Positions 1 through 11,700 of a stretch of 64,000 nucleotides of DNA are shown here, piece by piece. The DNA lies in the NCBI GenBank assembly GCA_030704615.1, contig CM060733.1, positions 38,688,001-38,752,000 of the forward strand, in the 5' to 3' direction. Origin of the DNA: Takakia lepidozioides (Eukaryota > Plantae > Bryophyta). How positions within the stretch are numbered: position 1 is the stretch's first letter; each line of letters begins with the position of its first letter. The translations under genes were made by a program, and so were the position numbers. The notes below the pieces were generated by a model, which saw only the letters and a list, made by a program, of their open reading frames with translations, searched no databases and was not told where the DNA came from.

Positions 1-90
1 ATTAGCACGAAGGGTACTCCCTTTGTAGTAGTGCCGAAACCTGATGCCAAACACAAACTTGAGATTTTTACTCCCTGCATTCACACTACA
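1..90 (-). mobile_element. Terminus of a TG...CA element (TGTAGTGTGAA family) inserted into gag of gypsy copy A
   Basis: 71-90 CTCCCTGCATTCACACTACA is essentially the reverse complement of the left end of the 21013-23198 insertion (TGTAGTGTGAATGCAGGGGA). Gypsy gag resumes exactly at 91 (GCCTGTTCATTCTGG, cf. 28428). Confidence 0.75.
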
Positions 91-3000
91 GCCTGTTCAT
101 TCTGGATTAGACACCAGAATGAGATGAGAGCTCCTGTGAATGAGGGCCCAGAGGTGGCAGCTCACATGGTTAGGCCATGTGTTGTACCAGAAGTAAGTAC
201 AATGATAGTAACCAGAAGCAAAACCAAATTAATACCTCCAGTAGTTGAGGAAGATGATGATAATGAAGGTGGCAGTGATATGCCTGAAGATGAAGAGACT
301 TGGAAAGATGAGAAGGAACTGCACAAAGAAGTGACAGATACCATAAGGGAAATGCAGAAGAGTACTGATATTCCTGTGGCAGATTCCTCTGATTCTGATG
401 GAGAAGAAGAAATGAGTGAGGATGAAAGGAAGAAAGAAGATGTAGGCATGCAAAGTAATGAAGAGACTTTGGCTGAAGTAATATGCCAGACCAAAGCAGA
501 GATTACCATTGGACAGCTATTGGCTGTGGCACCTTATTGTAGGCACAGGCTGTATCAAGCAATCAATCGAATTGCCCAGGAGATAGGAAACACAGACCTG
601 AACAGCAAGGTGACCAGTTATAATGTGAAGCCGGAAGGGCGAGAAACAGTCATGGACTTTGATGATTCTATGCCAGTAATCCAATTGAGAATTGGAAGCA
701 CAGAACTAATTGATGTACTGATAGATGGAGGTTCTGGAGTAAATATCATGACAAACCAATTAAGAAAGAAGCTTGGTCTAAGTAACATGAAACCAGCCCC
801 ATTTACAGTAACAATGGCAGATCAAAGAAGTGTACAGCCTTTGGGATTAATAAGAGGAGTTAAGAGACAGATACAGAAGATGATCTTTATGATCACAGTA
901 ACTGTGTTGAAGATGGATGAAGTCATGGAGGCTTACTCCTTATTATTGGGATGTCCGTGGCTGAAACAGGCCAGGGTATTCCATGGCTGGAATTCTCAGT
1001 TACTAACCGTGCATAATGGGATACACGAGATACAAATTACCACAAAGAAATCTAGTAGATAACCTGCTACGAGAAGACCTCAAGGGGTCAGAGAGTATGA
1101 CTGGAGAGGAGGACTGGATGAGGAGCAGGAAGCTACCCTATTTGCTGCACACCCAGAGTGGGAGCAGGTTGCAGAGATGCGGCTGGAAAGCGTAAGTTGT
1201 TTAAGAGGTATCTGCTGTGGTGTAGTGACAGCAACACCAACTGAAGAGGAAACCAGCAGTTACCCATCACATTTCTATGAAGAAAGAGAAGGAGAAATGG
1301 AAATCCTAGAGGAACCAGCCACTGTGAGCTTACAGGATGAAGTGGTGACTGGTTGGACAATCACAGCTGACGAGCAGGTGAGGGAAGTGAACGTGGGAAC
1401 TAAAGAGGAACCGAGGATGGTGAAAGTAGGAGCTGATTTGGAGCCAGAATTCTTTGAAGAAGCTAAGAGCTTGTTCATCAAATACAGAGATGTATTTGCT
1501 TGGAGCTATGAGGATCTAAAAGGGATACCACCTGAAGTCTGTCAGCATAAGATTGAACTGGAACCAGGGTCGGTACCAATCAAGCAGGCGAGGTACAGAA
1601 TGAATCCCAACTACGCACAGAAGGTTGGAGAAGAGATCAAGAAGTTGGCTGAGGCTAAGTTTATATACCCAATAGAGTATACAACTTGGTTGTCACCCAT
1701 TGTTATAGTTCCCAAGAAGAAAGGTAAACTAAGAGTATGTGTGAACTACAAGAAGCTGAATGCTTGTACAAAGAAAGATCCTTTTCCTTTGCCATTCACA
1801 GAAGCAGTATTGGACACTGTGGCAGGCCATGAGATGTACTCATTCATGGATGGTTTCAGTGGTTATAATCAAGTGCAAGTGGCAGAAGAAGATCAAGGAA
1901 AGACAGCTTTCATCACAGACTAGGGTGCTTATGCATACAAAGTCATGCCCTTTGTAATGCACCAGCAACCTTTCAGAGAGTAATAAGTGAATCTTTTCAT
2001 GAGTATCTGGATGATTTCATGCAGGTGTTCTTGGATGATTTCAGTGTGTACAGCTCTAAGAATGAGCACTTGCATAAATTGGAGTTATGCCTGGCCAGAT
2101 GCAGGATGAGAGGTCTGGGCTTGAATCCAGAGAAGTGTACTTTCTGTGTGAACTCAGGGGTGCTTCTGGGACACATTGTGTGTAAGAAGGGACTTCTTGT
2201 GGATCCCAGGAAGACAGAGGCCATTAAAGCCTCTCCACCACCAGTGAATGTTAAGAGTTTAAGAAGATTCCTTGGGCAAACCAGTTATTACAGAAGATTT
2301 GTCAAAAGGTATGCACAAATAGCAGCACCATTGAGCAAGCTTCTGAAGAAAGATGCAGTGTTTGCCTGGACAGCTGAATGTCAGCAGGCGTTTGAGGAAC
2401 TTACACTGTCTGTAACAACTACACCTGTGCTGATTAACCCTCACTGGCATGTAGTATTTCATGTTCACTGTGATGCATCAGGAGAAGCGTTGGGAGCGGT
2501 GTTAGCCCAGAATGTTACAGGAAATATAGATTCACCTGTGTACTATGCTAGCAGGTTGATGAACAGTGCTGAAAGGAACTATAGCACAACTGAAAGAGAA
2601 GCACTGGCAATGATTTATGCAGTCAAGAAATTCAGGCATTACCTATTGGGAAGAAAGTTTATGTTTTATGTGGATCACCAGGCTGTGATATATCTGGTGA
2701 ACAAACCTTTGATAAGTAGAAGGATAGCGAGGTGGTTAATAATCTTGCATGAGTTTGAGTTCGAAGTTATTTACAAGCCTGGCCGTTTGCATCGTGTGGC
2801 AGATCATTTGTCACGACTAACAACAGGAGAGGCCGCCACAGGAGTGGACGATCAGTTACCTGATGCGAGTTTATTTGTAATGGAGGTGCAAGGAAGTGCA
2901 GATGAATGGTTAGATTGGCAGTGGCCAATCAGATACTACCTTACTTATGGTCAATGCCCACCTAGTTATGGTAAGGAGCAGAGGAAGAGAATCGCTATCA

Positions 3001-4562
3001 AAGCTTTACCTTATACTATGGTAGGAAGCAGAATGTATAAGCTAGGACCTGATGGAGTACTAAAACGATGCTTGTACCACCATGAAGTAAATAAAGTTTT
3101 GGAGGAAGTTCATAAAGGAGTGGCTGGAGGTCATTTTGGAGAAGAGACTACCAGTAGAAAGATACTACTCGCAGGTTACTGGTGGCCTACTTTATTCAAA
3201 GATGTACACAAGTATTGTCAAAGTTGTGATGAATGTCAGAGGCTAGGACCTTTGCAGAGATCTGGAAGGATGGCCTTGCATCCTACAATGCCTACGGAAC
3301 CATTTCAGAAATGGGGACTAGACTTTGTTGGACCAATTAACCCACCAGCCAAGAATACACGGAACAGGTACATAATTACAGCAACTGATTATACTACGAA
3401 GTGGGTGGAAGCTAAAGCTTTGAGGGACAACACAGCCAAGTCCATAGCAAGGTTCCTGTATGAGAACATACTTACACGGTTTGGCTGTCCCCTGGAATTT
3501 ATCAGTGATCAAGGAAGTCACTTCATCAATGAGACCATAGAACTCTTGACTAAGGAGTTCATGATTGTGCATAGGAAAAGTACAACCTATTACCCACAAG
3601 GTAATGGACAGGCAGAGGCTACCAACAAAATACTATGTACTATCTTGGCTAAGATAGTCAATGCAAACAGAACGGATTGGGATACAAAGCTGTTGACAGC
3701 TTTGTGGTCATACATGACTTCATATAAAGTCACCACTAAGTATACACCATTCCAATTAGTTTACGGTATGGAAGCCTTAATTCCAGTGGAATTCCTGTTA
3801 CCTACCATGAGAACGGAATGGGGAAAGAGAATGGAATTGCAAGATTCCATTAAGGTCAGGAAACATGAATTATACCATGTGGAAGAAGTACGTGCTGATG
3901 CAGCTGATAATATGACCAGAATTCAGATAAAGAGAAAGGAACAGTTTGATGAAGACAAGTTAAAGACTTTTAAAACGGGAGATTTGGTTCTATGGTTGCA
4001 GAAGAAAGGAAAGATTAAAGCTTCTAAGCTTAAATCACCATGGAAACGACCTTATGTCATACAAAAGATGTATGATAACAACACCGCCATGTTACAAACC
4101 ATTAACAAAGAAATGCTGGGAAGAGTCAATGCTAATAAGTTGAAGGGGTACAGTGGTATCCATGACAAACCATTGCAGCATGATTTGCATGTTGAAACGC
4201 AAAAGCAGTCACGGGGTGCACTAGTGATACCAACGGAGTATGGAGCACTTGTCGCTAGGCCGAGCATATATGACCAGGGCGGGCAGAACAAGCGTGACAC
4301 AGCCTATCACAGCCCATCAAGGCGAAACACAGCCTATCACAGCCCATCACGATGTGACACAGCCTATCACAGCCCATCACGACGTGACACAGCCTATCAC
4401 AGCCCATCACGACGCGACACAGCATATCACAGCCCAGCACGGCGCAACACAGCCTATCACAACCAACCACAGCGTGTCACAGCCTATCACAGCTTACCAC
4501 AGTGCATCACAGCCTATCACAGCGTACCACAGTATGACACAGCCTGTCACAGCTCAACATAG
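91..4562 (+). pseudogene. gag-pol polyprotein remnant (copy A)
   Basis: ORF pieces 31-1062, 1177-1923 and 2019-4562. Stops at 1060 and 1921 (TGG>TAG) and a small deletion near 1953 (cf. CCCTTTGGACTTTGTAATG at 14836). Confidence 0.95.
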
Positions 4563-4563
4563 C
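4292..4563 (+). repeat. 30-bp tandem repeat (three ~10-bp CACAGC subunits) in the integrase tail, translated as RRDTAYHSPS
   Basis: Unit is approximately CGTGACACAGCCTATCACAGCCCATCACGA. The same array occurs at 17190-17430, 32625-32838, 35683-35930 and 51640-51895 with variable copy number. Confidence 0.95.
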
Positions 4564-5060
4564 CTACTAGGGTTACACAATCCATAGAATCAGTGACAGG
4601 TGGACGCACAATAACTTCAGGAAAATGGCCGACGGAAGAAAGGACAGAAACCAGTTTAAAAATAGACACGTGGAAGTTAGGGCGCGACACACAGCTGAGA
4701 AGGAAGTGCAAGAACAGGTGTCATCAAGAAAGAGGACAAGAATGGCCCTCAAAGTACCTACTTAGCACGTCAATTCGGATGAATGGCGGGCCCATTAATG
4801 AATACGGAAAAAGGGGAACGGAACAAATGGCAAGTACAGAAAAACGAAATTCTTGTCACATGTGTGATCCTAGTGGACAATCCAGCAGGGAAAGTCCACT
4901 AAAGAAAATTAAATCTAAAATCCAGTCACAGCGGTTACAGCCAATAGAAAGCCAGAAAAGGGATCAAGAAATTGGAGGGAATTTAAGCGCAAGAGTCGGC
5001 GTCGTTCTAAGTAACGGGCGTCTCGACGGGACAGACCATCAATGTTATAGCTTTGAAGCT

Positions 5061-8000
5061 ATGGAGGAACTAACAGACTATACACTCGCAATATTACTTA
5101 CGCAGTGGCATAGGGACGAAAGAACAGAACGGATCTTTTCTCTTGATCGATGCTTGCAAGCCCCGCAGGCTTACAAGAAATTACCCATAGCTTTTTGTGG
5201 CAACCATACGTTTATGCTTTGTGCACTATAGGCATTTCTTCAATTGTTACAGCCAAAACATTTCTGTGGGTCTAGAATGAAGAGAGTGAGAGGAATGGAG
5301 GAAATCAGGGTGAAGAGCACCACAATTCTGCAGAAACAAACGATTGCTACCCCACAGGTGATACAGATACTGAAGGAGTTGAGATTGCAAGGATTGCAAG
5401 GATTGCAAAGCAAAGATTGGACATTGCACCATAGACAGTACATGTTACAATTCTTACAGAACTTTGAGCCAAGGACAGGAGCAACAACGGTGAAGGGAGT
5501 TGAATTAGTAATTACTCCCCTATACCTACAGCAATTGTTTCGATTGCCAGCAGGCCAGGTGCATATGGAGGAGCACAAGGCAAGACTGCAAATAGGGGAC
5601 TTATTCTAAGAAGGGAGTTTCTTTAAAACTCAGGGTTATGCTTGTACCAAGGCCGTGTACCCAGGGCTTAAGGAGGTAGGTCAGGTATTGAACGTTCTGT
5701 TTACCATGAAACAGAACCAACAGTATTTGAGCAGATCCTTCACAGAGGAAATACTCAAAGCCCTGAGAGGAGAAGAGGTAGAATGGGCGGACATAATGTA
5801 CAACGCACTGGTAGAGGAGATGAAAAGATTACAGGGTACTGCCGCAAAGTCTCCTATCATAGTGTCTGGCCCAATCATTGCTCAAATAATTCTTGATTCT
5901 GGCATCCTTGATGCTCGAGAAAAAAAGGAGATGGGAGTGTTTGAGCCAGAAACCACTGCAATGGAAGAGCAAGGCTCTTCACACAGTGAGGGTGGACTGG
6001 CAGGGCAACCCAAGAATAAGAGACAGAGGCGGGGAAAAACTGTAGTGGCGGATCCACTGGCTTCACGGAATCCGCATGATGTTTCCCAAGTTTTTGTGCA
6101 GGAAGGGGCACAGCAGCACAGAGAACTGCTATTACTAGAAGCAGGACCTTCAGAGAGGGAAGAGGAAGTTACTTCAGTATCACAGCCATCACAGCCAGAT
6201 GATCGGCTTGTCACAAGGTTACCACAAGTTGTCCATGCAGCTCAACCAGAAATAATTGATTTGGAAAAAGAAGGGTTAGATATTCCAACTACAGAACAGA
6301 TAGTGGCAGAAATTGAGAAGGGGGACCTTCTCTATGAATATTCTGGTCTGGTCAAGGAGACAGAGATTCCAGAGGTGCAACAGTTGCCCAAGGGAAATCC
6401 TGAGGTGCATATAATACACACACCTGTGTCGGAGGTACCACAGGTAGAATGTCAAGACATTGCAGCACCGGTTATGGATGAAGTGGTTTAGGAAGAAAAT
6501 CTGGTGGGACAATGGCCTGAGTGGTTCGTGAGACATCACACTGTTGAGGATCAGGGAGAACAGCAGCAAGCTCACCATGATAACCCTCAACAGGCAATGC
6601 TTATGAGTTCCATAGGCAGGACACTTAATTTGTTGGGGACTTATGTCAAATCCCATGTTCCAACTACCCAATTGACAGCCTTGAGAGAGGAACTCAGGAA
6701 GGAGTTTGAGGCTCGACTAGCCAATGAGTGTGCAAACAAGGTCGATGAAGAGGTCACTCTCAAGATGCAGCAAGACTTGGAGAATACAGAAGCGGCTTTG
6801 CAATTGGCCAAGGAACAATTGATTGAGGCAGGCCTCGCGCAAGATCAATTGCACGAAGCACATAAGCAACAGCTATACCAAATGCAGGTGAAGCATGAAA
6901 GCAAGTTGCAAGAAGTGAATGCACTACATACGGAGTTGCAGACAGTGCATGACAGGATGACGATACAATGTGCTACACTCACAACTATGCTTGACCAATC
7001 TACAAAAGAAATTAACAGTCAAGCGGAAAAATGTATGAAGACAGAGGAAGAGAATGTTGAGCAAATGAAACTCATTGTCGATATGAAGAATACAATCTGT
7101 CGCAATGAGGATACTTTCAAGCAATACAGGCAGATTGAAACTGATCAAGAGAGGCACATCCTGGAGTTGCAACAAACGATCATGGCCAATAGAAATGAAA
7201 TCTCGGTCACTAACAAGGCTTGGAAGGAAGCCAATAATCTACTTGCTGCCTATGCGAATTTGGTTGAACCTCATGCAAAGCGCATAGAGGCTTTACAACA
7301 GCAATTAGACATGTACAAACTAAGAGAGGAGCACACTCTCAGAGGAACCACAAGCAACTTGGTGGATAACCACCTTATGTAGGTCTGGTTAGCACAAGGG
7401 CCAGTGGAGGGCAAAGCACCACGAAAGCTCACCCAAAGCGAGATGAATGAGCTCAGACTGCAAGTGCAGAACATTGCCACAACTACTATAGACAATGTCT
7501 ATAGTAGGATAGCGGAGTTACAGGAGGATGTAGACGGACTGCAGACTCAAGTGGAGGACCTCACTTCAAATATCGACAAAAGAGTCTATATACCTGAGGA
7601 ATAGCTAATGGCTTCTTATTTACATGCCAGAACTTTGGCTTTTCAGTCTTCTTCACAAGAGGTGCAGGAGATGCCAATGATACAAGAGCCAGTGCCACCA
7701 ACACCACAACAAGTCACTGTGCCAGTAGCTGACCCTGTTGTTACTACAACCACACCACAGCCACGACAGTCTGAGGTATGGGGCAATGCTGCTTTTAACC
7801 CACCTAAAACTCCAGCTGCGAGGGAATACAGTAGGGCTATGATTATGCCCTTCAACCAAATTCCCATCATGTTGGATTTGGCTTGGAAAGAATTTAGTCC
7901 TCCGCAGTCATTGGTACATTACTACCAAATCATGCGCATTTGGCTGCCAGTGGCAACAAGGACTAAGTTCTTCCGAACAATAGACCAATTGAGGATCATC

Positions 8001-8726
8001 ACTTTGCACAATACTGGCATGAGGCAGGTACAATGTTGAAGGAATTAATTGCCTTCCAAGTTCATTTATACCAAGACCAAGGAGGTAGCGAGTATTGTCA
8101 TGGGATGCGGGTTATACTACGCTGCTTGTTTTCTGGTACGTTATCACATTGAGCAGCAAAAGATGCAATCGCGCTTTCTGAGTTATTCCAGTGGGGATCA
8201 TTGGGTCTTACCTTCAGTGCCACCTCATATGTACCTATATGAGGCAAAAGTTATGATGCAAAAGGATTCTCAAATTCGTTCATGGTTTCATCCGGCCTGG
8301 AACAATTTGTCAACACAGAAATTCGGCATTAATGATATTTTCTATAAGGGACATGTGGCATGGAAATACTTGCACAATTCACAAGTCATTGGTACCCCAC
8401 TCACCTGGCAAGACAAGGAGCTCAGTGTCTTCACCAATTTTGCCGTTTAGCGTTTACAACAAGTTTTAAAATATAAACTTCCAGACATGGTAGGACAACA
8501 TTGTATGCCCCAGAGGATTCCACAAAAAGTTCAACAATTAAAACACCTGAGAGGCGATGAGGATTCTGATACAACTGTTTCTTCAGCGGATTCTTTTGAC
8601 ATGGGAGAAGACTATGCAATTCAGATGGCAGAGAAGAAGCGACGAGGGTCTCCTATGCCTGAAAGGTTACCTCGATATCAGCCTCCAGAGGGCCTCACTT
8701 ATCCGGGTAGTGTTCAATCATCTCCG
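5061..8726 (+). pseudogene. 3' extra ORF (ORF3) of gypsy copy A, ~1,200 aa, plant-transposon-type N-terminal domain plus long coiled coil
   Basis: ORF pieces 4593, 5244, 5655, 6504, 7404, 7608, 8049 and 8487 are all in one frame, mostly separated by single stops that are sense codons in copies B/E. Contains the motif TTVKGVELVITPLYLQQLFRLP and a Q/E/L-rich heptad region at ~6680-7580. Confidence 0.85.
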
Positions 8727-8797
8727 TCCATGCCTCATGTCCCTTAAAGAAAATATCGTCAGGCCCGAATTTTTGTGTTGACAAATTGTTCCAGGCC
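8727..8797 (-). other. 71-bp inverted filler derived from gypsy ORF3 at the gypsy A / transposon junction
   Basis: Reverse complement reads GGCCTGGAACAATTTGTCAACACAAAAATTCGGGCCTGACGATATTTTCTTTAAGGGACATGAGGCATGGA, homologous to 8294-8364 and 23352-23424. Confidence 0.85.
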
Positions 8798-11700
8798 AAG
8801 AACACCAGAAAGAGCACGGATTGTGCAAGTTCGAGGTGAAGCCAGGGAGAGGGCAGTAGAGACGGGGAGAGTGCTGGAGGTGGTTTTGCAGGTGGCTGAC
8901 CCTGTTGAGGAGGACGACAGGGAGCTTTCTGACCAGGATGACATCCTCCCGGACATCCCAGGCCCCAAACCCGGAGCATACAGGCTGGATTTGGCGGTCC
9001 TGGTGGGCTGCCGGAAAACCCCTCTGCAGCAGACGTCATGTCTGAGGCGGATATGAAGTTGGCCGCTGCCAAGATGTTGGAGGCAACCCACAGCAACATT
9101 GGCAGGGTGCTGGGGGGCATGGTGTACCCGGCCAAGCTTCGAATTCCCCTTTGCCGCTTGGTGTCATTGTAGGTGGTGAGACCTGCCCTCCCAGGAGATA
9201 TCGACAAGCTGAAATTCTCTTTCCAGGATGGATATCGAATGGGGTCTGCCGTGTTTTACATTTCCATTGAGAACGACCACAGAGCTTCCCGTGCCCACAC
9301 TTCCGATGAGGTGGACAAATGGGGTCCCCATTGGCAAACGCGAAATGAGGAGTTCGAGAGATCGATTGCTAGTGATCCTCTTTTCCAGCACTTGTCCGGT
9401 AAGATGTTCTACGTGTGGGACGACAATCATCGCCTCCTGGCATGGATGGAGCACATTGCCCAAGCCCACCCCAACGACCTCGATTGGCATTTCGCCGTGG
9501 ATTGTGTTGTGCTGAAGGTTGCGGGGCCCAAAGATTGCAGTCTTCTCAAAGCTGCAATGGCGGACATCAACTCGTAAGTTACAACGCCTCTCGCTTTTGG
9601 ACTTTGAATTTGGAAGTCATTTCATTGCGAATCCTCATATATGATGAAAATTGCCATTTCAGTATTGTTTGATGGAAATGTGGCACTGCAGGGTGACTGA
9701 GAATGCCTTCATTGCCACCAACTTGTCCCATATGCTCTTCCGAGTGAAGGATGTCGGGAAGCAGGGGGTGCAAGAGTTTGCCAATTCCCTCAGTGCCGAC
9801 CTCCTGCGCAAGTCGGAGGCAAAGGCAGACAGAACCTGGTATAGGCTGAGCGTCGACGCCATGGTGGACTACATATTTCGGGTAAAGCTCCTGACAGTTT
9901 TGTTGAGCTAATTTGTCTCTCCTCCCCCAATAGAAGAAAAGGTCTTCACCGTGATTTCTAATCTCCTCCCCCAATAGAAGAAATTGTGTTGAGCAGGATC
10001 TCTAATCTTATGTGCGCATTCTTGACAGACGAAAATACAGCAGGATTTGGCACATGCGCGGAGGTTCTACATGGAGTCAGAGGAGAAGAATCCAACCCTC
10101 CCGGAACTCGAATCGTATGTCAAAGCTGCGGAGGTGAGGGCCCGCATAAAGTACAAGTCGCGGATGGTAAAGTACGTGGCCATAGCTGATCCCGCCCTTG
10201 GTGCCGACTTTCTGGTGGAGGTGGGGAAGCACTACTCTCGCGCTCTGAAGCCCACGATGACATTGGAGAAGCTCCATCGTCTAGCCACATCCTGTGTGGA
10301 TGCAACAGAAAAGGTGATACATTCTTAACCAAATTGTGGTGGCAACAACTCCTTTTTGTGGTGTTTGGCGCTTACGAATATGCTGGGTGGTTGGACAGAC
10401 CCGGTGGCTCCAAATCTGGAATGGTTCCCAAAGTACCAGGGACATGTGGAGCTTCCCCAAACCGGACAAACTCTCTGACCCCACATTCGACATGTGGATG
10501 AACCACATGACATGGTGGTTTCAGGTACTTCCCCACGCTTCGTTTGGGGCTTCTACTCTAGTAGGGGGTGGATTCATTGTATTTTTTCAGGAAAGCGATC
10601 TGATGGAGAATCTCCACAGGTGACGACGAATGCGCAAGAGCAGCTGGACACACAAGCACATTAGTTCAAGATGGAGATATCTCCTGCAGCAGAGAGCCTA
10701 CGTGACTATGTGACGAGGTATTTTCTGCTCTACAAAACCAACCTATTCTTTCGGGAGATAGCAGATGCTCGCCGGAACCACGAGTTCACCGACCAGCCGA
10801 ACGCGGACAAAGCAGCAATGCGCCTTCAGTACAGGTACATACGCGCTGCCTTTCTTTCAAGTCCTTGCATTTCAGGATGTTAGAGGCCTCATGTGGTGTT
10901 AGGGAAAATGGCGCCGAATTTCCAGTCAGGGCTCCGAAAATGGCGAAGTCCCTAGACTGGCTGGCCCCGAAGTGGAAATTCGGCGCCATTTTCCAGTTCT
11001 AGGCCCTATTGCCGTTCAGGGACTTAGCCATTTTTGGGCTGTCCCTAGGGTGGCTGGCCCCGAACTGGAAATTCGGCGCCATTTTCCAGTTCTAGGCCCT
11101 ATTGCCGTTCAGGGACGTAGCCATTTTCGGGCTAAGTCCCTAGGGTGGCTGGCCCTGAACTGGAAATTCGGCGCCATTTTCCAGTTCTAGGCCCTATTGC
11201 CGTTCAGGGACTTAGCCATTTTCGGGCTAAGTCCCTAGGGTGGCTGGCCCTGAACTGGAAATTCGGCGCCATTTTTCCAGTTCTAGGCCCTATTGCGGTT
11301 CTGGGACTTAGCCATCTTCCGGCCAAACCGGGAAAAATGGCGCCGAATTTCCAGTTCAGGGCTCCCAAGATGGCTAAGTCCCTAGGGTGGCAGTCACCAA
11401 AAACCAAAATTCGGCGCCATTTTTCCATTTCTAGGCCCACTCACATCCGCCCCAACCTGGGAAAATGGTGCCGAATATGCATTTCAAGGACCTCATTGTG
11501 TTTTTCATGAATGCAGGTACTGCAAGTTCTCCCTTTTGGAGAAAGGTCATCTGTCTTTCGAGACACCATTCTTCCTGGCATGGAGGAACCCTGGGGCTGA
11601 CTCCATGTACACTGACGATATTGTGAAGGAGTGGCATCTGGAACATTTGCGTGATTGCCCTTGGTATGTGGACCTTCCGCCCGGCTCGCTCGACCCATCC

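Larger units (their letters stand above)
91..8726 (+). mobile_element. Ty3/gypsy LTR retrotransposon internal region, copy A (gag C-term, pol, 3' extra ORF; no LTRs in view)
   Basis: Domain order is PR (VLIDGGSGVNIM), RT (MQVFLDDF), RNase H (HCDASG...VADHLSRL), INT (HHCC, WGLDFVGP, ISDQGSHF, GQAEATNK). Colinear with copies B-E. Confidence 0.97.

Noticed and set aside
162-509. Antisense Ser/Leu/Phe-rich ORFs opposite gag, pol and ORF3 (recurring in every copy)
   Set aside because: They are shadow frames of purine-rich coding sequence and recur only because the element is repeated.
5061-8726. ORF3 as a true retroviral envelope gene
   Set aside because: No evident signal peptide, furin site plus fusion peptide, or C-terminal TM anchor; only its position is env-like.
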